A model generated the notes under the pieces. It saw nothing but the letters and a program-made list of their open reading frames with translations. It was not told the origin of the DNA and ran no database searches. Shown here piece after piece: positions 26,851 to 40,374 of a stretch of DNA of 64,000 nt. The stretch is taken from contig NMRA01000216.1 of the NCBI GenBank assembly GCA_002633005.1, forward strand, positions 468,441 through 532,440. The letters run 5' to 3'. Made by a program: the position numbers and the translations under genes. The DNA comes from Phoronis australis (taxonomy: Eukaryota; Animalia; Phoronida). The first letter of the stretch is position 1. Each line of letters opens with the position of its first letter.

Positions 26851-27068
26851 TATACCCCGTTCATACCAAAGCCAAATACAACTTTTAAAACCGATTCAAA
26901 TGTTAAAACTCTGATCATTGTTTTCATAAGTTGTAACTGCAGCGCCTTGGTTGTTACTCTCTGCGAGGATGCTTTAGGTAATGGTTACATCGGCTGTGAA
27001 CACAGCACTTCCAAAAGTTATAACTCTGTAGGGTGCTGCAGTCAAGTCTCGGAAATAATGACGCACTG
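26851..27068 (+). repeat. Dispersed repeat related to 2742-2992
   Basis: Colinear similarity by eye. Confidence 0.5.
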
Positions 27069-27395
27069 AGGTAGTAAGTGGGATCACAAAGCAACAACAC
27101 AACTGTGTAATTATATACCGTAATAGTTGCAACTATTTAAAGAGTTGCAACCCAGTTTCAGAGCTGGTCTGAACTCAGCTTTAATTTCAGTCAACAAGGT
27201 AGTAGGATGACTTCAAAACGCCATGATATTGCATTACATTGGAAGGGCAATGAGGACTGTGAAGAAAATTGGTGTCATAACACTGCAACATGATTGACAG
27301 CAACTTGGAAGCGTGAGGTTTTCAGGTACCTCAATGTGAGGAGGACATTGGCAGGAAGGGCGGGTCTCCCCATCTACAGAAAAACGAGTTTTGAN

Positions 27396-27545
27396 ATGTG
27401 CTAAATTTCATGAACGTATGTCAAAGGGTTTTGGAGATAGAGCAGCGGACGCCGGACGCCGGACGGACGCCGCCCGGACGGACGGACGGACGGAAAGAGA
27501 TGACGGCATAATGCGTCCACATATAAATATGTGGGCGCATAAAAA
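27396..27545 (-). mobile_element. HINE family 1 terminal fragment next to an N join
   Basis: Nearly identical to 2222-2386, including the (GGAC)n tract and terminal hairpin. Confidence 0.85.
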
Positions 27546-29183
27546 GGGAAAACATGAAGATGCCTAGCATAAAAGGTTACGACAGAATAAAAAGGTCATC
27601 AAGACTAGTGCTGAACTACCAATAAACAATGCTGGGTTCTTTGAGAGTGCCTCTCCAAGCCTGTTCAGCACTAAATAATACTAAAACTCTTCAAAATGTA
27701 ATAAAAAACAAGCATTTGTGTATTAACTTCTAAGTGCTAGGTGCTTACCCTACATATGGTGACATAATTGATATATTTAGGAATTTACAACTGGTTATCA
27801 CAAACAGTTACACCACTTCAGTTAAGAATGTGGTCATAATCAAATCCTTTGTTGACACAGTTGGTGTGAATGGGGCATTATCTGATAACCCAAGGATGGG
27901 GTAGTGTCAACAGGAATAAGACTCTGGCCAGCTTTTCCTTTTTGACCACTGTCTTGTCTATTGATGCTACTCATTATAAACCCATAGTTGTGGTCACATA
28001 CATGGCATGTCTGAGACTATACCATATCAATGTCTCTCGGGCAAGTTTCCTGTAAATTCTCACAAATTCAGGACACACCACGGTACACAAGTTGTATTTT
28101 ATTAATACATTTTCGTAAATAGCACTTATTAGTATTACATTGTCATATTCAAGTTCTACATCCTACTTACAATTAGACAATTTTGAAAAAGCAAGGGTAT
28201 TCACAACGGTAAAAGCCAGAGTTTGAAAAGTGAGTAAAAGAACAATTTTGGCAATTATTTTTTTATCAGAATAGGTGAGATTTTAGTGAACTTTATTTCA
28301 GGAAAAATAAAAGCAGGGTTTACCAAAAGGTATTAACTTATACACCATCTGGTAATCTTAGAAAAACAGCATGCTGCCAGTTCAACATAAACTTTCATAC
28401 ATTAGTTATGAAATGACCAAATTTAAAAACTAAGTGCTGCTCTCTGTGTCCGGTTGGGAGAATAATACTAGGTTCACATGAGTGGCGAAACCACTAGCAG
28501 TTTCACTGGTTAAAATGCTTGTATTTTCGCCAGTATGTGAATTCGGTGTAAGACACAAAACTAAAATTACCCCCAAAAAACAGAGACCAAAACACAAATG
28601 TTGGATTTGCTATCCAGGAACTTTAATCATAATCAAATTGTCACTAGACTATGACACACGCACCAAACCAGGATGCAAGCAATGAATTTTTAATTGCATA
28701 CCAAAATTTCTCTGTGTTCACATTTCCTGGACACTTATCGTATCCCACACAAAAATCAAGACTAAACGAACACTTTGCTTTTGACGCAGACGCCATGATT
28801 CATATGTGCTCTCTATGCTGGCCACTGATAAAGATTTCATTATAGATGTTTATGATACTCTACAACGCTCTACTAAGTTTAATCACACATAAGCGTAGAG
28901 AGAAATTGCCCCACGAGAAAAAAGACCTGGGGTCTATTTTATCAAAGGTTGTAAAACCAGTTTCAATTTGATATAGTCATGACATCGATTTTAATAAGAA
29001 CAAAATTCATCAATGTGGCTCTTGAAAGGAATCATCGTTAAGTCTGAATGATGAAAAAATGTCAACTTGTGGAGGCACCTGCAAGGTTTTCATTATTCTA
29101 AAAAAGAGCAGTATCGCATCAGCCACCTTAAGTACAAACATTCCCCAGTAGTTTTCCAGTGAGGTGCTTCCTTCTAGTTTTGT

Positions 29184-29290
29184 TGCTCCACATTGCTGAC
29201 ATCATTTTTCCCTCCCTGCTCCACATTGCCAACACCTCTCCCCTCTCCCTGCTCCACACTGCTGACACCCCATCTCCCTCCCTGACCACT
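29184..29290 (+). repeat. Minisatellite of about 32 bp, about 3 copies
   Basis: TGCTCCACAYTGCYRACA is repeated three times with C-rich spacers. Confidence 0.7.
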
Positions 29291-31525
29291 TCTCTATCAT
29301 TTCCTCATTTGTATATCAAACAAAGTTATTAAGAACCCTTGGGAAGACATTTGATGTCTTCCTGGTGGTATGGTATTTCCATATGGCCATTACAGCCCTA
29401 TATTAATTACCCATATTGCATGCCACCTCTTGTAATTCTATTGATTGGACTCATGGCGACAACAATCCATGAGACCTGGCCACAGAAGTCCATGAGACCT
29501 CACACCTGACAATGCGCTCTAATCTCGACACGTGGGGTAACCAGTAATACAGAACTTACCCATAATTCACTGTTTTTAAGTTCAGCACCTGACTCGATAA
29601 TAGCCGCAGTTACATAATCAATTGAAAGTGATCTTACCTGAGTTGTAAATTCAGACGTGTGGAGACAAAAGTCACAGCCTTTTCGAATTTTACATTGAAT
29701 TCAACTTTAGAAGAAGTTGAAACGAAAACAAACAATGCCGCAGAATTTGTCCAAATTGATACGCAGCTGTCCAAGTGATGAACAAGGTCACCATTCTTAA
29801 ATGCATAACACGGCAAAGAGCATCCCATACATTTGATATACTAATGAGCCACAAATAATCTTTAAAACAAAAAAGTAAATATGAGATAACGCATATGAGT
29901 TGTGCTTTAAATAACGATCAGTCGGCAAGACACCACAACCATCGGGGGTGGGGGCAATCGCAGGAAATTCACAGTTGTTATGTGCCGTAATCACCCACGC
30001 ACTAGACATTCAACAACACCTTGACACATCAATACTCAAATCAAACAAACCAACAGAGAATTGAATTAAACTGAAACTCGTAAACACATACCCATCACCT
30101 TTTTAACGAAAAGCATCCCTTCGTTATCAGCCATATAGTTAACAATAGGCGACCATAGAAGAATTAAAATGAACAAAACACCTACCACATTTCCATTTGT
30201 ATTTACGTAGCATTTTTCTTCAGTGACATAGTCCCCTGGGACTATCCAGCAACAATGATGTCATAGAAGACAGCAACACAACTTTAAAACATTTTCTCAG
30301 CTGTAAGCAGTTGGCTCCTAGGTGTTCAGTCGTTGGCAAACTTCAACAAAAACACACACAGATAGAGCCACCTCAGCGTTTTCTGTTTCTAGTGTAAACA
30401 ACACTTAGGGTAGGAGGGTGGTGAGTTCACCAACAACCACAATGATGTCAACACCAGCTCCTGCAAATGACCACCACCAACAACCACAACTCCACTCTGG
30501 TATATTTGTCCTAGAGAACTGAGACTGTGAGAGGCATAAACACTTCCTGTCACCCCTGGATTCAACAATTACTCAAACAAGAGACTTTGGTTTGAGAGAT
30601 GAAAAAATGCAGATCACCATCACAAACCTCTACTGTATTGATAGTACGCAGCAGAGAGGCACCAACACTTCTGGAAAGTTCTGAAGTTAACAAGCAGTCT
30701 GATGATGCCCTGAGACTTGAGAAACATGTGCAGTGAACACAAAAAAGACTGAGCGGGACACCAAATTCATTTGCCAGAAGAACTGTCCGCTTTGTGTGGT
30801 GCATCAATTAATTAATGAAATTGGTGCAACACTTTTTAACAACTGCTTAACAGACACAAAACTTCCTCTTTAACTGCTGGGGTTTAAATCTATTGATCAC
30901 TCCATATGGCACATCCATCAAGAATCTGACTAGCAGACTCCAATGAGGAAGGCAATAGACAGCCTTTATGGATTTTCCTCAGCTCATCCAATATCAAATG
31001 AAAATAAATCTCGCATTAAAAGCATCTAGCTTAATGCATGCAATCATTAGCGCTGTGGTTACTTGGTAGGAACTGCAGCTAAGACACAGGTTTAGCATGG
31101 ATTCCTCTACACTTGAACGACAACTTAACATTTGTAGCTGGCAAAAGCTAATTTTGCAGGATTTGTCTGCTAACAGGCAGTAAACTCTTGTTGTCTAATA
31201 TTAATGAAAACCAGTTAGGAATTAAGAGTTCTTGCAACTCTAAACTGACTGTTAATTCAATTTTCTGAAAGTCAAATGCCATTCCCAACTACTCCAGGGT
31301 TACAATAAACATTCAGAAGGGAACACACAATTATTTCAGGGTCAACACCCTAAATTCAGAGTATAAACAGAAACAGATTCTGAACACAACACAACTGCAC
31401 AAAAATAAAACACCCGACTCATTTCTTAAGAAATGTACCGTATATCCACTTCAGCTCGTCTTACTTCTCCCCTGATGTCATGAATATGTGAACAAGAGTA
31501 TTCAGTGTTCACCTAAGGTTATACA

Positions 31526-31792
31526 GTACAACACGAAAGTAATCAGACAAAATACCATTTTTCCGTCATGACGACTAATTCCATTAACAGCAAAACTGAC
31601 TGGTAACGTAACTATAAGGGCACAAAATACCAATGCATTATAGAATGGCTGAACCACTTCACTAACTTTCCCGTTAATTCACTTTCATTTTCGGTCATGA
31701 GAGAAGACTTACTCCGTTGATGAATTCGGCTTCCAGCCAGTCGTCATGACGGGGAATTCTGGGTCATTTTGTTTGAATACTTTCAGCTTGCA
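31526..31792. mobile_element. MITE with diverged TIRs of about 50 bp; partial copy at 21215-21330
   Basis: GAAAGTAATCAGACAAAAT...CCGTCATGACGACT is inverted as AGTCGTCATGACGG...ATTTTGTTTGAATACTTTC. Confidence 0.65.
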
Positions 31793-33480
31793 CTGTAGTT
31801 CAGGTACAGCTCAAGTATTCCATCTTACGCAACCTTTCTTTTAGAAGGACCTAAAATTTCATTATCCCATTTTTATAAAACATTTTAATGTACGATAATT
31901 TCACACAAAAATACTTAAAAAATTCACTTGTTCTTGTTCAAAGATAAAATATATTGTAAAAATGATGAAAATTTCACAAAACTTTAAATGATGCTTGTAC
32001 ATTACAGGCCATGCCAATGATGAATTAAAAAACATCTCGATGCTTGTTTAAGATAAGAATTTTGACGAAATATAGTTCAACTTATCTGCCATATTGATTG
32101 TTGAATTGAAGAAGTTTCAGTTACAACTTATTTACTAAAATGTCTGCTACTGTTTTTAAGTTCTCTATTACTATGGCTACCATTATGCAAGAATTTGAAA
32201 AATAGTGGATTAGGAATACCTGAAGAATAAGAGCAAGCAGTTTTAGAAATAATTTTGAGTGCAAAATTGGCCAGAGATAGCACATCCAAAGGGCCATGTT
32301 GTGACCATCATGCGGGCAATTCATTGATGACCAGACAGAGCAAATATGCACTGACCACAGATACAAGGGTCAGTCAGTTTATAGGCTAATGAAGTCCACC
32401 TCTGTTTTCATAGATTATCCAACAAACACAACCCCCTGAGGCAACATGGGAATGTTCAGAGCACCTATCACTGAAGGATGTAATCTCCATCAACCCAAAA
32501 CATATGCCTTTTACCTACTGACAGGGGTATAATAAATTATTTGTTGTTTTGTCTGAAGTAGAAAAAAATGCACTGCCCAATCCAGTTGTTATCTTATATC
32601 TGGTGATTTTGGTTTAATTGATGCTTTCAAATGTACAATATGGTCACTTGATCATCAGTGTAAAATTGTTGCCATGGAGACACAATGAATTAATTTAATA
32701 ACCTTGTTGGCTTCAGTAGTTGCAAAGTGCTGTAGTTATTTTAGTAAGTTATTTTATTTAGGAAATCTGTTGCCATGTGAAAAGACAAAGACTTATTTCT
32801 GGAATTAGTCATGCATTTCTTTTAGAAGTTATTTTTAAGTTTTAAAGAGTTTATTTTATTACACACGACAGCAACCCCATTCAAATTTTGGGGTGAGGTG
32901 GAGGGGTATTGTGATCATTCTGATAAGCAGTGGTGTAGAGTCATGTCGCCCCATTGTGTGGCTCAGGTAGATTACGCAATGAATGTTGAGACCTATTAAT
33001 AAAGGAACAGCAGAGTTGCAATTCGTGTTATTTCTTTTTTCTTCTGTTGTAATGAACTGATTTTTGCTTTTCTAACTATGAAAAAGTTCAATTTTTAACA
33101 ATAGTTTTGGTTTCTATAGTCTGCAGTGCGCACAATTGTTCGAAAAGAGTTGTCATGAACATGCAGCAGTTATCACAAGACACCCATCCCAGTTCCCATT
33201 CCCCAAACAAAAGACAACAATCATAAAAAAGTCCAGGCACTGAAGTAAGTGTCTATTGTAAACCCAACAGGCTAGAAGCATTCGTAGTTGCTGGTTGGGT
33301 TGCCATGAAGTGTCTAATGAAAGTCAACTTCAGACAACTGATAGCTATCAACAATCTGTTCAAATTAATTTTCCCTGTAATTACTGAGCAAATAATCATG
33401 AGCTAAAAACATCAGACAGAAAGTCTAATTAGCACTAATGATTCACAGCAATAAATCTTAAATTTTTCTTTATATCTCTC

Positions 33481-33590
33481 GGTAATGGTCGGATATAACG
33501 TGCCCTCATTTTGAGAACCAGTTTTCTCCACTGAATAACGGGCTCCAAACTGGTCCTCAAATGAGGGGTACGTTTTATCTGACTATTGCC
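33481..33590. mobile_element. Hairpin MITE of about 110 bp
   Basis: Imperfect inverted arms of about 44 bp (GGTAATGGTCGGATATAACGT... / ...ACGTTTTATCTGACTATTGCC). Confidence 0.75.
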
Positions 33591-33708
33591 ATGTCTCACT
33601 ATACGAATAAATCTTCTTCAGTAAAACTTGTGTTATTATCAAATGCAGAACACATAATTTTAGAATTTTTCTCCTAAAACAACTCTAAGGTTTCCCACAA
33701 TACTTATT

Positions 33709-33826
33709 CATGGGCGGCGCACCACAGGCGGCACTTTTTTCAGTGCTCTGGCCCCCATGGTCTATGGGCGAGGCACAACAGGGGGGGGCTATAGCCCTCA
33801 CTTTTTTCAGAGCTGCGCTGCCCACG
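33709..33826 (+). mobile_element. Dimeric mini-element with CATGGGCGGCGCA termini
   Basis: Homologous to 40728-40867. TIRs are CATGGGCGGCGCA and TGCGCTGCCCACG. Confidence 0.7.
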
Positions 33827-34444
33827 TGAATCCTCCTGCTTTCATCATCGAATACAACCACACTGTAATGTCGTAATTCCAGAATTTTTTGCCCAGCTGT
33901 AATTCTTTCTAGCAAAAATTTAACTTACTGCAGATTTATTTTTCAGCAAATATAACACGGCTCTCCTTCAAGGAGTATTGGTGCAGACAGTAGAACTTTC
34001 ATTGTATCATACAATTTGTGAGAAATTTGAAGCGTTTTATAGCTTTTGCTGGTTTAAAGACCCAGTTGCATGTGATATTAAGTTATGAGGGCATTTAAAC
34101 ATGTTTTAAACCACCAGTACCCATGGGGTCATTCTAACAAAATCCACAAGCGAATAATCCATAAAATTCCTCACTTCCCATGACACTCTGCCATTTTAAA
34201 TTTGCTGTGAAGTGGGAAGCGAAATTCATTCAGGTATATGTTTGAACTGGAACATTACTCCTTGAGATTCACAGTGAATGAGAGTAACCACCCAGGAATG
34301 CAACAGAATATAAACAAAGTAACAAGGAAAATACTTTAGCAGAGGTATCTGTGTTGTATACTTCACGACATTCACAGGCCACACACATCATTCATAAAAT
34401 GTCCCTGTAAGGAAAATACATCAACAGCTCAAGATTGAGTCTAT

Positions 34445-34868
34445 AGTGCCGTTTACACGAATCAGCTGAAACGGAACGGAACGAGTTGTTCCAAGTGTGT
34501 AAACAGGACTAGAAGTGACACCGAGCAAATTGACATTGCGGTGACAAATTTTGCAACCCGTTTGTGAGGTAGAGTAATTTGCGCTCGAACATCTTGCTCC
34601 GTGTCAGTTATATGTCTAAATGCGAAACTGGGGCAAGGCAGATTAACGATCATCTCTACTACGCTTGCCTAATGACCTACGTATGGGTTCTTTGTCTCTG
34701 CAATTCTCGTCACTTGTAAACTTGCGCATGTGCTATCCAGTCTCTCCAGCCTGCAATTTCCGTCTAGCTACAGTTAGTGTGTTGTGTGTGTAAACGGCCG
34801 CTTGACACGGGTCAGTTTGTTCCATGCCAGTTGCGCCGGGCCAAAAGTTGATGTCTACTGAACGGGAC
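34445..34868. mobile_element. PIF/Harbinger-like MITE
   Basis: Ends AGTGCCGTTTACAC and TGAACGGGACT, with internal GTGTGTAAACRG motifs and a CpG-rich interior. Confidence 0.45.
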
Positions 34869-35186
34869 TTATAACAAATTGATGTCAGTCAAAACAAGTG
34901 CTTTATTGGAGATTCTTGAGGAGGCTAAGGTTTTTCTGTGACACATGAAATAATATTTTTGCCAGGTGTGAATGTGAAAACAATGTCGCTCATATCTGCT
35001 AACTGTGATTCGAAGGGTCATCAGTCAACGTAACTGTATTTTTAGGCTGTTGAGTCCTGCGAAATTAGTCCAACATGAAGAATAAAAACTGGAATCAGAA
35101 AATCCTTGGGCAAATGGTGACCACTGAGGAGGATTGGTGACCGGTCAGCCGGGGAGGAAGGAGAAACGGTGGCGGCAACTGAGGGG

Positions 35187-35224
35187 TCAGTTCAGATGGC
35201 GTTCGGCCAGAGATTTGGTGGCAC
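35187..35224 (-). CDS. Candidate short alternative terminal exon
   Basis: A long pyrimidine tract and cag acceptor precede a GC-rich block. The phase-1 reading is xATKSLAERHLN*. All three frames stop within about 130 nt, so the frame is unproven. Confidence 0.3.
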
Positions 35225-36376
35225 CTGGGTTGGAGAATCAAGAAGGCAAGCAGAAGAATGGAAATAAAATCTATCAGTTGAAAAATGAAAGCAATGATGA
35301 CTCGGAATTACAAGATCGATAATTTTATATGCGCGAATTGTGACGTGATGTGACCCTCCATTCACACCTCATTCTTTGCATGGTCAACATGTCTCAAAAC
35401 AATGATGATTACTTTGAAAGTATTGACAGAGTGGTTTTTTAAAAGCTTATTTCAAACTTAAGAAGACAACTGTGCGCGGATTTTCTATTAATTACAACCA
35501 GAAGCAGAACAACTATTGTAGTGCAGAACAGTTTCTTTCAACTGACCATGAGTGATGAGCTCATTAAGTGACCTTCTACCTGTGTAAAAACATTCCCTTT
35601 GTCACAATAAGCTTAACTTATTCAAGTTGGCAATTAGCAGATTCTCACACCAATAAAAGGTCCGGATCAGTTAATGCTTGAGATGTGTTCAATTCCTACT
35701 TATAACAGAGTTACTTGTTTTCAAGAGGATGTCATAAATGCACCACATAGATCAGAATGATAACAATTACTGACAATAATAATCATAATAATGATAGTAA
35801 TACAAAGAGCAATCAATGCAGGAGTTCTATAACATAATGGCAGCTAGACTGGTGACTCCTAGCGCTATCTGGTGAGAATTATAGAAGCACTTCAACTTCA
35901 CTCACCAACTGAAGTATCTGAATAGTTTTTCAGGAAATTAATATTAGACCAGACAAAAAAAGAGAATAATGAAGAGCCATTTTGTTAGGTGATTCATGCT
36001 CTTTGCTTTATTATTAGATACTGTTATGTAAAACAGTGGAAAAATAACCTACTGTGCCCAAAAAGTCAGGAAGAGCAGATTGTCTGTAAAAATGTACAAG
36101 ATTAATTCATTGTTTAACATTGATAACCGGCCAAATCATCCATCCATTGCAAATTAGCAAATTACAACTATGACTTTTATGTCATACTATACAATGTCAA
36201 GAGCTATGGCCAGACAGAAAACATGAGAATAATTATAATTTAACTCAACATAAACTTTTCACTAAAATCAAAACAATTCTCTTGAACTGTTATAATATGC
36301 ACGAAGTCAAACATTCACAAGTTGCCCCTCTTTTCAGATGCATAATATGTTATATGTTATACAACTGAGGTATCAA

Positions 36377-36858
36377 GGTCTGTTTCATGAAAAGTGACCT
36401 AAGAGGTAAGACAGAAAATTTGGTCTTAAGCTACCATTTCACAGTTGCAGAATAAAGGTTTAGCCACTGAAGTCAAAGAATTATTAACAATCGGTTATGT
36501 TTGTCTTTTGAACAGTTTAGTGTCACTTTCAGAGAAACAGCCTTTCGGAATAACGGCCCTTCGAAGTATAGACCCATAGTTCGGAGTATTGAACAAGGAA
36601 AATGAAGTTTGTACTCATATTATTTCGAAACAATGGCCCTTAGAGTTATAAAAGCACCCCCCCCCCCCCNNNNNNNNNNCCCCCCCCCCCCCCCGTAGTA
36701 ACAGTCCGCCTTCACTAGTAGTTTATGTGTAATTCTCAGAGGGGAACTTTCCAGTTTTTGCTCAGGTGATATTTAATTATTTTTAAAAAATAGTTGGGTA
36801 GAACACAAGACCAAATTTCTGACTTAATTCCTTAGTCACTTTTCATGATGCAGATCCC
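36377..36858. mobile_element. TIR element (Harbinger-like ends)
   Basis: GGTCTGTTTCATGAAAAGTGAC...AATTTGGTCTT is inverted as AAGACCAAATT...GTCACTTTTCATGATGCAGATCC. Confidence 0.6.
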
Positions 36859-37442
36859 AAGTTACTTCTAACTGCTTACAAAACTTACAGAGTCTGACAT
36901 CACAAAGGAGTATCCTATAGTGCCCAGTGGGTACACATGTAAAGAATCCTATGTTGACACCCTAAGCGGATGAGACTGGGCGACTCGACTGGTTTGCGTA
37001 CCTCAGACTGGTTTGCGTACCTCAGACTGGTTTGCGTATCTTAGAATTTGCCGGTTCAGATCAGACACCATACCGTTGTGGTTAATTAAATCACCTCAGA
37101 CTGCTGACGTTATCGTTCTCTAGATAATGAGACCATCATAAACACATTAGGGGTGACAATAGTATTTTTAAATTTTCATATTGTAAATAGCATACTTGAA
37201 ATGTTCGTGACAAGCATATGTGATTAGGTTTTTGAATTTTGAAAATTGGACAAGAAATGTGACTTTTTACTATCTAAAACGGTTCTTCAATGACGCAATA
37301 ATATGTTCCTCATTAATTCTGCTGGGCGTTCAACATAATTGAGCCACTTACCAAACCACCAACCAATAGCTGAATTCTGAGGTAAGCCAAGTGTCATCAT
37401 ACAATTCTTGCCATGAGATATGAGCTCACTGATTCTACTGAC

Positions 37443-37536
37443 CTGTATACGGCTTGAGAGGACATCCCAAGACAGTTCGGACCCATTCACACCACAAGGG
37501 CTGGGTAAGATTATCACAAATACTGTGGATGTCCAT
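37443..37536 (-). CDS. Candidate first coding exon (alternative N-terminus) of the LIM gene
   Basis: Start context is GCCAAGATGG. It encodes MDIHSICDNLTQPLWCEWVRTVLGCPLKPYT plus G|gtcagt (phase 1), which joins 18060 in frame. The two differences from the duplicate copy are both third-position (ATT/ATC, GAT/GAG). Confidence 0.55.
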
Positions 37537-38681
37537 CTTGGCAATAACCGAAGAATCGGAAACCAACAAAATCACCTCAAGCTTTCCTTCCACGAACAGA
37601 TAGCAAAATCACAGTGTTCCATGCTTAATCCAGGCTGGATGTTACATGAAGGCTTAATTTCATCCACTGTATTGCTCTGGTGTCAAGAGACCTGAGAAGA
37701 ATTTCCGCTGAAGACAACACGAAGAGCCTGATGTCATTATTATACTGCTTCTGAACACAGATGCGGCAGACATTTTTTCAAGACCTGAGGCTATATCACA
37801 TCACTGTAAGTCGGCTGCTCCATGCAACTTTTTCGAATACACCATTTGATACCCATGAATAAATGTCATGTCAAACATTTCCTGGATGGCTGACCTATAC
37901 ACCATGAAGTCTTCCCACATACACAACATCCCCACATTCACAACAAACTTCAGATGCAACGGACCACTGAGAGTCCCAACAAATCAACAATAACAGGCAG
38001 ACACAGCAGACACCCTGATGCATGCAAGCTCAACACACACAATTAGCATGCAATCCATCAGTTTAAAACAAATACACTCTCACATGCAGGAGCTGCCATC
38101 AAATGCTGTTTTGAGCCATTATGGGCTCATTTACAAGTCTAATAAGGNAGTCTGACATCACAAAGGAGTATCCTATAGTGCCCAGTGGGTACACATGAAA
38201 AGAATCCTACGTTGACATCCTAACCGGATGAGACTGGGCGACTCGACCGGTTTGCGTACCTCAGACTGGTTTGCGTATCTTAGAATTTGCCGGTTCAGAT
38301 CAGACGCCATGCTGTCGTGGTTAATTAAATCACCTCAGACTGCTGACGTTATCGTTCTCTAGATAATGAGGCCATCATAAACACATTAGGGGTGACAATA
38401 GTATTTTTAAATTTTCATATTGTAAATACCATACTTGAAATGTTCATGACAAGCATATGTGATTAGGTTTTTGAATTTTGAAAATTGGACAAGAAATGTG
38501 ACTTTTTACAACCTAAAACGGTGCTTCAATGATGCAATAATATGTTCCTCATTAATTCTGCTGGGCCTTCAACATAATTGAGCCACTTACCAAACCACCA
38601 ACCAATAGCTGGATTTTGAGGTGAGCCAAGTGTCATCATACAATTCTTGCCATGAGATATGAGCTCACTGATTCTACTGAC

Positions 38682-38775
38682 CTGTATACGGCTTGAGAGG
38701 ACATCCCAAGACAGTTCGGACCCATTCACACCACAAGGGCTGGGTAAGATTCTCACAGATACTGTGGATGTCCAT
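38682..38775 (-). CDS. Duplicate (probably allelic) copy of the candidate first coding exon
   Basis: Encodes MDIHSICENLTQPLWCEWVRTVLGCPLKPYT plus G|gtcagt inside the second copy of the N-flanked duplication. Confidence 0.5.
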
Positions 38776-39884
38776 CTTGGCAATAACCGAACAATCCAAA
38801 ACCAACAAAATCACCTCAAGCTTTCCTTCCACGAACAGATAGCAAAATCACACCAGCCAGTGTTCCATGCTTAATCCAGGCTGGATGTTACATGAAGGCT
38901 TAATTTCATCCACTGTATTGCTCTGGTGTCAAGAGACCTGAGAAGAATTTCCGTTGAAGACAACACGAAGAGCCTGATGTCATTATTATACTGCTTCTGA
39001 ACACAGATGCGCCAGACATTTTTTCAAGACCTGAGGCTATATCACATCACCGTAAGTCGGCTGCTCCATGCAACTTTTTCGAATACACCATTTGATACCC
39101 ATGAATAAATGTCATGTCAAACATTTCCTGGATGGCTGACCTATACACCATGAAGTCTTCCCACATACACAACATCCCCACATTCACAACAAACTTCAGA
39201 TGCAATGGACCACTGAGAGTCCCAACAAATCAACAATAACAGGCAGACACAGCAGACAGCCTGATGCATGCAAGCTCAACACACACAATTAGCATGCAAT
39301 CCATCAGTTTAAAACAAATACACTCTCACATGCAGGAGCTGCCATCAAATGCTGTTTTGAGCCATTATGGGCTCATTTACAAGTCTAATAAGGTTATTTT
39401 CCAAGTGACTGGGTTGGCCTCTCACTCTTTGAAGCTGTCTGATCAATACACAGGAGATAGCAATTGTCATGTGACCATTGTCTTAACTTTATTCACCTAG
39501 CCTCTGATGGAATGTGACAGTCACAATATTGTAGATGAACTGATCTAATAACCAGCCACAAGGGATTAGCTTGCATAGACAATCTATACTAAGACATGAT
39601 GAACTGGCTGGATGTGAGTCATAATAAGGTCCTATGAGTCTTAGGAGCTAGGGTGTCCTGGTAGCAAACATGACCCAGTCTCCCCAACTATGGAGCATTG
39701 CAGCAGTTGTTCTCTTCCCATTAGAAATGCCAATTTTCATAATAATCCTTAGATTGATTGGTCAGATAGTGAGATAGACGGCAATGTAATATTAGTGGCC
39801 ACTGATTGAGTGGCATACAATACATAGAATCTACCCGAAAATGGGAAAGTGCAATTCTCTCCTTAATAAAGTTAACTTATTTCA

Positions 39885-40360
39885 TGAAGCAACTCCTACG
39901 CTAACATTTGGGGCTTGTTACCCCAACACCTTAGCGAGCTTAGGCCAGACTGTGACTACCCCGTCCTAATCGATTCACAAATTAACGCACGTGGCTTAGC
40001 CTCGCTGCTGAAGAAATCGCTTAAATCTTCTTACAATGCATCGACTTTATAATTTGGAAGACGGCTAATATTTATTTTTCAATTTTAAAAACAGTTATGT
40101 TGGTCGTTTGTCTTACTTCAATGTTTGTTTTTGACTTTGAAACAGTACGCTAAACAGGCGTATTGTTTACAACCGCAATTATCTCAATCAAAACACATTC
40201 AGCCAACCCCATGAATACCAGTAGCCACAAGCTCACTTAAACCTGTGATAGCGCCATCAAGCCTTTGATGTCCCAAGGAATTCTCTGGATACTCTGGGAT
40301 AAACAATGCATGCTTTCTTGTCCACTTGCGTGCAAATACTGATAGTGTAAGATTTGCCTA
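39885..40360 (+). mobile_element. Dispersed repeat family C, copy 4
   Basis: Colinear similarity to 5311-5776. Confidence 0.75.
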
Positions 40361-40374
40361 CTGTCTAATTTGTC

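Larger units (their letters stand above)
36891..39393 (+). other. Direct duplication of about 1.25 kb across a single N (probable two haplotypes)
   Basis: 36891-38147 matches 38149-39393 with scattered SNPs, one small indel and 3 versus 2 copies of ACTGGTTTGCGTACCTCAG. The junction is the N at 38148. Confidence 0.85.

Noticed and set aside
21215-31792. Two similar minus-strand segments with donor-like sites (about 21262 and about 31710) as paralogous exons
   Set aside because: The similarity continues past the donor, the frames differ, and the 31.5-31.8 kb copy is bounded by TIRs, so it is a MITE.
37287-38874. Paired ORFs (85, 91, 85 and 71 aa) as tandem duplicated genes
   Set aside because: The pairing comes from the N-flanked duplication. 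The better-supported coding frame is a different short minus-strand exon.
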